Source: an uncultured Desulfatitalea sp. (GTDB lineage Bacteria > Desulfobacterota > Desulfobacteria > Desulfobacterales > Desulfosarcinaceae). From it: DNA of 64,000 nt. Where the stretch lies: NCBI GenBank assembly GCA_937868765.1, contig CALMNL010000004.1, positions 320,749 through 384,748 of the forward strand. Direction: 5' to 3'. Of the stretch, positions 9,098 to 16,299 are shown one piece after another; the stretch's first letter is position 1; the number at the start of each line of letters is the position of its first letter. The notes beneath the pieces were generated by a model. It ran no database searches, was not told the origin of the DNA, and was given only the letters and a program-made list of their open reading frames with translations. A program made the position numbers and the translations under genes.

Positions 9098-9967
9098 GTG
9101 AGCGCACGTATGCCAAATATTGAGAAGGATCGCCGCTTTGCGTTCGGCAAAAACTGGCGCGGGTTTCTGTCGTCCTTAACCAAGGAAAACATTCGAATCG
9201 CCGAAGCGTCGCTCCAGAAAATGCTGATGACCGATACGCTTCGGGGAAAGACATTTCTGGATATCGGCTCGGGAAGCGGTTTGTTTTCCCTGGCCGCACG
9301 CAACCTGGGTGCAAACGTGCACTCGTTCGACCATGACCCCCTGTCAGTGGCCTGTACAGCGGAACTCCGGTCAAGGTATCATCCCGATGATCCCGATTGG
9401 TCGATCGAGGAAGGCTCCATTCTCAATGAGCGCTTCATCGCATCGCTGAAAAGCTACGACATCGTCTACGCATGGGGAGTGCTGCATCATACCGGAAACA
9501 TGTGGGCGGCCTTAGCGCATTCCGCTTCCCTAGTAAAACAAAAGGGCATCCTGTTCATAGCCATCTACAACGATCAGGGAAGGATATCGGCGTTTTGGAA
9601 AAGGGTGAAAAAGGCTTACTGTTCCGGAGTATTGGGCAAGGCGATGATTTCTTGCATCTTCATTCCGTGTTTCTTTTCAATCGCATTGATCTCCTGTGTA
9701 TCCAGAAAAGAGAACGCCTTTCGGCAATACAAGTGGAACAGAGGCATGTCGATGGTGCACGACTGGGTTGACTGGCTGGGCGGTTTTCCCTTCGAGGTCG
9801 CGTCAGTCGACGCAATCTTCCATTTCCTGCACCAAAAGAACTTTTCGCTCCTCAATCTCAAAATGACCCGCGGCTCGGGAAACAATCAATTCGTGTTTGT
9901 CAGGAAGAATTCCGCCGCCTCTGCCGGCACCGAAGGCACGACAGAGGCGGCGCGGGGTGCCGTTTAG
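9098..9967 (+). CDS. Class I SAM-dependent methyltransferase with a C-terminal hydrophobic anchor segment
   Basis: Motif I FLDIGSGSGLFSLAA, motif post-I HSFDHD, DIVYAWGVLHH. Hydrophobic stretch MISCIFIPCFFSIALISCV. Gene-sized drop in GC (about 50% by eye). Start GTG 9098 or ATG 9110. Stop overlaps the convergent ThiF gene stop (TTAG). Confidence 0.6.
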   Translation: MSARMPNIEKDRRFAFGKNWRGFLSSLTKENIRIAEASLQKMLMTDTLRGKTFLDIGSGSGLFSLAARNLGANVHSFDHDPLSVACTAELRSRYHPDDPDWSIEEGSILNERFIASLKSYDIVYAWGVLHHTGNMWAALAHSASLVKQKGILFIAIYNDQGRISAFWKRVKKAYCSGVLGKAMISCIFIPCFFSIALISCVSRKENAFRQYKWNRGMSMVHDWVDWLGGFPFEVASVDAIFHFLHQKNFSLLNLKMTRGSGNNQFVFVRKNSAASAGTEGTTEAARGAV

Positions 9968-12027
9968 CCGGCGATACGGATCAGCGGCGGCGCAGCGGGC
10001 AAGTCCATCGAGGCGCACGGCAGCGGGGAGGTCCGGTCGGGGGCCGGGGAGATAAAACCGGCAACGGGTTTGCGCAGGGTGCGGCAGGCGACCGGACGGC
10101 CGTGGCCGATGCGAAAGAGCATGACGTGGCGCTCCTGGTCTCCGGAAACGGCGAAGAGCCGCTCGTAACGCGGCCACAGGGCTTCGAGCAGCCGCTGGTG
10201 GGCAGGGCTGAAATCGGCCTTTGCGCCCAATTGCCAGCGCAACCGGAAAAGGGTGATGGCGGTCATGGGTTGGAAGTCCAATCCCAGGGAGGCGGCCGTA
10301 AGCCAGACCCTCTCCAGGGCCTGCCCGCCTTGGACGAAGTCGGCCGGCAGGCCTCCCTGGATCTTGAGCAACCCGATGGCCGAGGCGGAGCACATGCCCT
10401 GGTAGGATATCCTGGAGATCATTTTGCCCAGTCCCAGACAGTTCAGGACGGCCATCACGGGCCAGGGCCGGGTGCGGCGCAGCAGCCATTCGCCGGCAGG
10501 TCCGGCCTCCAGGTTCTTCAAGGGAAATCCGTCCCGCCGGGACAGGGCTTCCTGGGAGGTAAAACGGATCATGCGCATCAGGTGTTCGTGCAAGGCCCGA
10601 TGGCCCGAGCGGATGGTGTCGGCCGCGGCGACCAGGCGGGCCGCCTCTCGGATCTGTTTGCGGTCGGTGAGCAGCAGCAGCCGGGCGCCGTGGAACGCGG
10701 CGGCGGCCTCGATCCGGTGCTGCGCACCAGGTTCCAGGGGCCTGCCATCATACAGAGTGCGATTGGTGTGACGTTCCCAGATGAAGCGCTGCAAAGGATC
10801 TTCGGCCTCGTCCGTGGCGCTCAGGGATATTTCGAGGCCGGCCCGATCGGCGGTGGTCATGGCCACCCGGGCCGAGAGGCCGCAACGACCGGCGGCCAGC
10901 GCCAGGTTTTCGGCGGCCGCACCACAGCTGATCCAGGAGGCCATCTGGGCCACGTTGAAGAAGGAATCGTCGGCCGCCGGGTCCAGCATCACGTGCACGG
11001 TGTGGCCATCGACAGCGAAGCGCCAGGGCTGGCAGTTGTCTCCGGATGGTGCGCGGACGGCGGCTTGCAGCAGATAATCTCTCGTCTCGGCGGAGATTTC
11101 TCTTCCCATCGGTGCGAAGACGGTCGGTGCCTGGGGTCTGGACTCGTTCAGGTATTCGGAAAGAGCCCCGATTTTTGACGCGAGCAGGCGTCGCTTGAGC
11201 CGCTGCATGGGTCCCCGGTTGCCCATCCAGAGCCGGCCCATGTGGAAGCGGCGCGTAAACGGATCGTACTGGGCGTAGAAAGGCGCGGGGCGCAGGCCGG
11301 GTTTGCGCAGCAGAATGCGCAGCGCTTCGGCGGCGGCCGCAGCGGCGCTCAGCTGGCATCCGGCCGAAAGAGAAGGGCCGCGTCCCTCCGCCATACTGAT
11401 GCTCCCCGGCAGCGTATACCCCTTCTGGGCCGCCTTGGGCGCCAGCCCCACGAAGAAGGCGATCAATTTTTCCTCCATGGACATGCGGTCGTCAAGATCG
11501 AAGTACTGGTCGAAGGTCATGCCGCGATCCGGCGCAAAGATGAGCATGGCCGTACCGAACCCGATGGGGCCGGCGGTGATCGCGGGAATGCCTTTTTCCC
11601 GCGCCCGCCGGAAGAGCAGGCGCCGCAGTTCCAGGCTGAAGAAATCGATGCTGTCGACCAGCAGATCGACCCCCTCCAGAAAAGCGTCGATGTTCTGCGG
11701 CGTCACGCCCTGGGGAAAGGAGCGCACTTCGGCGTAAGGGTTGATGGCCTGCAACTCCCGGCGCATCACCTCGATCTTCGGCCGGCCGAAAGTTCCTACC
11801 CGGGCGCCGTGCTGGCGGTTGACGTTAACCGTTTCAAAGCGGTCGAAATCGGCCAGATGAAAGCGGCCGATGCCGGTACGGGCCAGGGTGATCAAATGGG
11901 CGCCGCCTACGCCTCCCAAGCCAGGCAAGGCCACGGTGGCCCGATGCAGCCGATCCTGCTCGGCCAGGGTGATGAAACCGATGTTGCGGGCAAAAGCCGC
12001 TTCCCAATAGGGATATCTGGAATTCAT
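9964..12027 (-). CDS. ThiF/MoeB-type E1-like adenylyltransferase fused to tandem nitroreductase-like (FMN oxidoreductase) domains; MoeY/McbC-SagB-like architecture
   Basis: N-terminus: LAEQDRLHRATVALPGLGGVGGAHLITLARTGIGRFHLADFDRFETVNVNRQ (E1 Rossmann GxGxxG plus NRQ). C-terminus: LLQAAVRAPSGDNCQPWRF (nitroreductase signature) and a second RHTNR...-type half. 687 aa. Confidence 0.7.
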   Translation of the reverse strand: MNSRYPYWEAAFARNIGFITLAEQDRLHRATVALPGLGGVGGAHLITLARTGIGRFHLADFDRFETVNVNRQHGARVGTFGRPKIEVMRRELQAINPYAEVRSFPQGVTPQNIDAFLEGVDLLVDSIDFFSLELRRLLFRRAREKGIPAITAGPIGFGTAMLIFAPDRGMTFDQYFDLDDRMSMEEKLIAFFVGLAPKAAQKGYTLPGSISMAEGRGPSLSAGCQLSAAAAAAEALRILLRKPGLRPAPFYAQYDPFTRRFHMGRLWMGNRGPMQRLKRRLLASKIGALSEYLNESRPQAPTVFAPMGREISAETRDYLLQAAVRAPSGDNCQPWRFAVDGHTVHVMLDPAADDSFFNVAQMASWISCGAAAENLALAAGRCGLSARVAMTTADRAGLEISLSATDEAEDPLQRFIWERHTNRTLYDGRPLEPGAQHRIEAAAAFHGARLLLLTDRKQIREAARLVAAADTIRSGHRALHEHLMRMIRFTSQEALSRRDGFPLKNLEAGPAGEWLLRRTRPWPVMAVLNCLGLGKMISRISYQGMCSASAIGLLKIQGGLPADFVQGGQALERVWLTAASLGLDFQPMTAITLFRLRWQLGAKADFSPAHQRLLEALWPRYERLFAVSGDQERHVMLFRIGHGRPVACRTLRKPVAGFISPAPDRTSPLPCASMDLPAAPPLIRIAG

Positions 12028-12055
12028 TTTACTTCTCCTTTCACGCGAATCGAAA

Positions 12056-13222
12056 TCAGATCTGGACTTGCTGGGCCAGGCGGCCGCGGTCGATGACCCA
12101 GATGTGGGCCTGTTCGTCGTCGGCGGCGATCAGTCGATCCTGGGCCCAGGGCAGCACCATGCTGCGCAGGGAACGGCGGTCCAGGCCACACTGGCCGGCC
12201 AGCCAGCGCGCGTCCACCGGCTGGTTCTCTTTGCCGGCGGCCCCCACCAGGAGCCGTGCGGCCAGCGCCGTGGAAGGGTCGGTGGGGCCGTCCATCAGCC
12301 CGCGCAGCCGGGAAGCCAGCATTCGGCACAGGTGCAATGCCCGTTCGGGGTTGACGCGCAATTGCTCGAGGATCGCCGAACGGGGCCAGACCATCAGATC
12401 CACATCTTCGGAATGGGCCACCAGGCTGGCACTGCGCGGCCGCCCATCCAGGGCTGAGAGCTCTCCGAAGCATTGGCCCGGCCCCATGAGCAGGTGGCTG
12501 TCGGCTGCCTCCACCCCGTCGGCCGTCGGCGGCGCATCGGCTTGAACGCGCACCACGCCGCGCAGTACCTGAAATACTTCGCCACCGGCCTCCCCGCGCC
12601 GGAAGATTACTTCGTTCCGACGATAGAGGCGCCGCAGGCTCGACTCATCGAAGGGCCGCTCTTCGGGGTCCACCAAGCGCTCGCGACTGCCCGGCGGCAG
12701 GTTCTCCAGATCCACGTGCACCGGTACAATGGGCACCCCCAGCGCATGGTCCTGGATCGCGGGCGAAAGGGGGCGGGCCCCCACCAGACGCTGCATCAGC
12801 GGCAGGGCCGGCGGGTGCACCACGGCCAGGACATGGCGGGCCGGCGCCTGGCGCATCCGGCGGAAACACATCTGGATCAGTGACACCACCAGACCCGGAT
12901 GGCGCCGAAAGGCTTTGCGGATGCAGAACCAGCCCACCGTGGCGCACCCGCCGGTCAAGGTGCGCCGCAACGGTCCGAAATCAAAAGCGTGCTCGGCCGG
13001 CAGACCGGCCGGGCCATCCAGAACGAGGCGTATGCCGGCCACCGCCTCGCTGCCGCTGAAGGCCAGGTAGTTGCTGGTCTCCTCGAAACTGTCGTAGCGA
13101 TCGAAAATATGGTCCATGGTGAGGTGGAAACGCTGCTCCTCCGCCACGAACACCCCGTACCGCAAGCGGTACACCTCGGCCTTGTCGGCCGTCGAACGAA
13201 CGGTTCTCAATTCAATTGCCAT
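12056..13222 (-). CDS. Fusion: GNAT-fold N-acyltransferase (N-acyl amino acid synthase / Acetyltransf_5-like) plus cNMP-binding domain plus C-terminal Crp-type HTH
   Basis: MAIELRTV...AEVYRLRYGVFVAEEQRF is a LuxI/N-acyl-aa-synthase-like motif. FRRGEAGGEVFQVLRGVVRV...FGELSALDGRPRSASLVAHSEDVDLMV is cNMP-binding (beta-roll plus GEL[SA] motif). It is followed by a helix-turn-helix. AGGAGG RBS. Only 28 bp before the ThiF gene, so an operon. Confidence 0.6.
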   Translation of the reverse strand: MAIELRTVRSTADKAEVYRLRYGVFVAEEQRFHLTMDHIFDRYDSFEETSNYLAFSGSEAVAGIRLVLDGPAGLPAEHAFDFGPLRRTLTGGCATVGWFCIRKAFRRHPGLVVSLIQMCFRRMRQAPARHVLAVVHPPALPLMQRLVGARPLSPAIQDHALGVPIVPVHVDLENLPPGSRERLVDPEERPFDESSLRRLYRRNEVIFRRGEAGGEVFQVLRGVVRVQADAPPTADGVEAADSHLLMGPGQCFGELSALDGRPRSASLVAHSEDVDLMVWPRSAILEQLRVNPERALHLCRMLASRLRGLMDGPTDPSTALAARLLVGAAGKENQPVDARWLAGQCGLDRRSLRSMVLPWAQDRLIAADDEQAHIWVIDRGRLAQQVQI

Positions 13223-13261
13223 GGGATTCCTCCTATTGATTGATGTTGGCCCAAAGGAGCT

Positions 13262-13283
13262 CTTTTGCTCGATATGCAAAAGC
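13262..13283. promoter_or_regulatory. Perfect inverted repeat CTTTTGC-N7-GCAAAAG, 40-60 bp upstream of the GNAT-Crp start; candidate operator
   Basis: Read directly; 7-bp perfect arms. A second palindrome GCGCGCTG-N6-CAGCGCGC lies at 13307-13328. Confidence 0.35.
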
Positions 13284-13664
13284 AACTCCCCGAAATGCGC
13301 GCTGCCGATTCAGCGCGCAAGCGAGACAGTGGCTGCGCCGAGCGGGTGCGGCTGCGAGGCGACACGGCCGCGCACGAACCCCCGAATGGTTTCACCACCG
13401 CATACATCTAACCGTAATTGTTCAAAATGGATGGCAGAGCCGGGACAACGAAAAGGGAGATGGGGATATCCGGCAGGCGAGCAGCAAGCGTCCAAACGGC
13501 TCTTGCGCTCCTGCGGTGAACACCTTGGAAAGGCTGGAGATAGAGCGCTCGGCCATTTTGATCATCGACGAATCGGCTTTCGCTGGCAACAGCTAATGCA
13601 ATTCGCCGATTTCGCATCTTTTCCGGAAAGATGTCCCAAATGGCCGGCGGGGCGCGCAATGCGC

Positions 13665-13693
13665 TTGACACGGTTTTCAGCGGCCATTATAAA
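13665..13693 (+). promoter_or_regulatory. Near-consensus sigma70 promoter (TTGACA-17 nt-TATAAA) driving the small ORF at 13809
   Basis: TTGACA 13665-13670, 17-nt spacer, TATAAA 13688-13693. About 110-nt leader to AAGGAG-ATG. Confidence 0.55.
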
Positions 13694-13808
13694 GGCCCCT
13701 TTAGCCGCTGCGCCCACCCGTCCGGTTGGCGACGGCCACACGTTCGGCGGATTGGTCGATCAGGCTACCTGGTTGTTGACCCTATTATAAAAAAGGAGAA
13801 ATCCATCA

Positions 13809-14131
13809 TGGCGGACTATTTGATCAATGTTTTTCTGGATGATGCGAAGATGAAGAAGATCGAAGCGGCCGGTTTGGCCGACAAGATCATCGATCTGAAC
13901 GGCAAGAAGGCGGTACAGGTAGAGATGAGCGCCAAAGAGCAGAAGAAGCTGATCAAGGGTTTCACCGACCTGACCTTCGACGCCAACAACGCCTGCGAAT
14001 TGCCCGCTGAGGCCACGGACAAACTGCTGGGCATCATCGCCGACATGAAAACCCTGGATGTGATGAAATTCGCCATCATGAAGCTGTACAATCCCCTGGC
14101 CGGCAAAGCCCCCCGCTCGGCCCAGCGCTGA
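13809..14131 (+). CDS. Small Lys-rich hypothetical protein (107 aa)
   Basis: MADYLINVFLDDAKMKKIEAAGL... Strong RBS AAAGGAG, strong promoter upstream, rho-independent terminator downstream. Lower GC than neighbours. Confidence 0.6.
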
Positions 14132-14162
14132 TTTCACCGCCAGCAGATCGAACGAGCTGCAA

Positions 14163-14198
14163 CCCCGGTCCCGGCAACGGAACCGGGGTTTTTCTTTT
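14163..14198 (+). terminator. Rho-independent terminator (CCCCGGT...ACCGGGG plus TTTTTCTTTT)
   Basis: Hairpin 14163-14188 followed by a T-tract. After the small ORF; may also serve the convergent fadD-like gene. Confidence 0.6.
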
Positions 14199-14205
14199 CA
14201 GCCGT

Positions 14206-15813
14206 TCACTGGATCTTCTTCAACGCCTGTTTGAGGACCTTGCCGGTGGGGTTGCGAGGGAACCGTTCCATGAAATCGATGCGTTCGGGGATCTTGTACT
14301 TGGCGATCTTGTCGCGCAGATAGGCTTGCACCTCTTCGGCCGTCAAGCTGCCCGGCCGCTTGAGCACGATGCAGGCCCGCACCCGCTCGCCCAGGGCGGC
14401 ATCGGGCATGCCCACCACGGCCACCTCGGCGATCTCGGGGTGCTTTTCCAGGGGGATTTCGATCTCGCGGGGGTAGATATTTTCACCGCCGCGGTTGATC
14501 ATCTCCTTGAGGCGGCCGGAAATATAGACGTACCCTTTTTCATCCATGTAGCCCATGTCCCCGGTGTGCAGCCACCCGTCGCGCAGGCTTTCGGCCGTGG
14601 CTTCGGGCTTGTTCAGATAACCGAGCATCACCGCCTCGCCCTTGACGCAGATCTCGCCCCTTTGCCCATAAGGCAGGATGCGGTTGGCGTCGTCCATGAT
14701 CTCCACCTCCAGTCCCGGAAACGCCGTGCCGATGGAGTTCCAGTTGGCCGGCACCCCGGTGCCGGTGGTGGAGACCCCGCAGGCTTCGGTCAGGCCGTAG
14801 CCGTCGATCACCTGGACGCCGAACTTCTCTTTGAACCCCTCGATGAGCCGCACCGGCATGGGCGCGGCCCCGCTGTGGGCCAGGCGCAGCTTGAGCCGGC
14901 CGTGGTCGATGGTTTGGGGATCGACGGCATTGTATATATAATCATACATGGCCGGCACTCCCTGTACAATCGTAACCCCGTAGCGCAGCAGCGAGGGCCA
15001 GAAATCGGCCGGCGAGAAGCTGCGCCGGATGCACAGGGTCAATCCCTGAAAAATGAACGGGTAGGTCCACACGCAGAGGGGATTGGTGTGGAACATGGGC
15101 AGGATGATCATCATCACGTCGCCGGGCCGGGTGGTGCCTAGTACCGCCCGGCCGCGGCAGATACACAACTGGTTGCGATTGGACAGCAGGATCCCCTTGG
15201 GCATGCCGGTGGTGCCCGACGAGTAGAGCAACAACAGGGCATCGTCCGGGGCCTGGGGCACCAGGCATTCATGGTCGGGATAATTCGCCAGAACCTCTTT
15301 CAGCGTGGTTTCGGCAACGGCCTGGCCGTGATCGATGCCGGTCACCACCTCCACGAGGGCCGGTTTGTGCCGGGAAAGCGCCAGGCCGGATGCGAAATCC
15401 ACCATGTACTCGCTGCCCACGAAAACCACCTTGGGCTTTGCATCTTCGAGCACATAGGCGATCTCCGGCCCCTTGAGCATGTAGTTGATGGCGCCGGCCA
15501 CGGCCCCCAGTTTCTGGGCGCCGAACATGGTGTAGTATATATCGGGGGAATTAAGGATCATGGTGGAAACGATGTCGCCCTTTTGCACCCCTTTGGACTT
15601 CAAGTAGTGGGCCACCCGATTGGCGCGCCGGTTGACCTGGGCATAGGTGACCACCTCGTCGTAATAAAGCACCAGCGGCGTATCGGGGATCTCGGCGGCC
15701 CGCGTTACCAGCATCTCGGCCACGCTGTCGAAGGCCAGGCGTTTTCCCGTCAAGGTATCCAGTTTCTCCAGAGGCACCAGTTCGCGCATCAGACGCTTGC
15801 TTTTATCGATCAT
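14206..15813 (-). CDS. Long-chain fatty acid--CoA ligase (AMP-dependent synthetase/ligase)
   Basis: LYSSGTTGMPKGI (AMP-binding motif I), YGLTE, GWLHTGDMGYMDEKGYVYISGRLKE, NPTGKVLK. Start MIDKSK has a GGGAGCAGGA RBS. Confidence 0.8.
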   Translation of the reverse strand: MIDKSKRLMRELVPLEKLDTLTGKRLAFDSVAEMLVTRAAEIPDTPLVLYYDEVVTYAQVNRRANRVAHYLKSKGVQKGDIVSTMILNSPDIYYTMFGAQKLGAVAGAINYMLKGPEIAYVLEDAKPKVVFVGSEYMVDFASGLALSRHKPALVEVVTGIDHGQAVAETTLKEVLANYPDHECLVPQAPDDALLLLYSSGTTGMPKGILLSNRNQLCICRGRAVLGTTRPGDVMMIILPMFHTNPLCVWTYPFIFQGLTLCIRRSFSPADFWPSLLRYGVTIVQGVPAMYDYIYNAVDPQTIDHGRLKLRLAHSGAAPMPVRLIEGFKEKFGVQVIDGYGLTEACGVSTTGTGVPANWNSIGTAFPGLEVEIMDDANRILPYGQRGEICVKGEAVMLGYLNKPEATAESLRDGWLHTGDMGYMDEKGYVYISGRLKEMINRGGENIYPREIEIPLEKHPEIAEVAVVGMPDAALGERVRACIVLKRPGSLTAEEVQAYLRDKIAKYKIPERIDFMERFPRNPTGKVLKQALKKIQ

Positions 15814-15943
15814 GAATCCTGCTCCCATTCCAGATATTCAGCTCAGACCCCAGCAACGCTATACCACGAGGCCGTGGGGATGCCATACCAAAAACGGCGG
15901 CCGGGCACGGCTGTTTCTTCTCATGAACCGCAGCCGGCAAAAA

Positions 15944-15977
15944 GATAAAAAAAGGGCTCAGATTTGAATCTGAGCCC
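15944..15977 (-). terminator. Rho-independent terminator downstream of tRNA-Asp (GGGCTCAGAtttgaaTCTGAGCCC plus T7)
   Basis: Perfect 9-bp stem. T-tract on the minus strand (A7 on the plus strand, 15946-15953). Confidence 0.6.
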
Positions 15978-15990
15978 TTCTCTATATTTA

Positions 15991-16068
15991 TGGCGGGAGC
16001 GACGAGACTCGAACTCGCGACCTCCGGCGTGACAGGCCGGCGTTCTAACCGAACTGAACTACACCCCC
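15991..16068 (-). tRNA. tRNA-Asp (GTC), CCA encoded
   Basis: Reverse complement GGGGGTGTAGTTCAGTTCGGTTAGAACGCCGGCCTGTCACGCCGGAGGTCGCGAGTTCGAGTCTCGTCGCTCCCGCCA is close to E. coli tRNA-Asp. Anticodon loop CTGTCAC. Confidence 0.85.
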
Positions 16069-16144
16069 GCAAACCCGTATATGTCCGAATCGTCGATGCA
16101 TCTGTGCTTCATGCCCTGCCGGATCGACGATCGAGTTACCAAAA

Positions 16145-16220
16145 TGGTAGGCGGAACAGGGCTTGAACCTGTGACCCTCGGCTTGTAAGGCCGATGCTCT
16201 CCCAACTGAGCTACCCGCCC
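16145..16220 (-). tRNA. tRNA-Val (TAC), CCA encoded
   Basis: Reverse complement GGGCGGGTAGCTCAGTTGGGAGAGCATCGGCCTTACAAGCCGAGGGTCACAGGTTCAAGCCCTGTTCCGCCTACCA. Anticodon TAC. Confidence 0.85.
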
Positions 16221-16299
16221 ACATGGAACCTGTTGAGGGCCCCAAATAGAACGCCGTAACTACCAGCTAAACCCAACCATGTCAAGCGGATTTATACGC

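Noticed and set aside
13207-13407. 66-aa minus-strand ORF ending in Asn, considered as a possible MccA-like precursor for the E1-like enzyme
   Set aside because: It overlaps the GNAT-Crp start region out of frame, has no RBS, is too long for a heptapeptide-type precursor, and has an Arg/Ser-rich artefactual composition.
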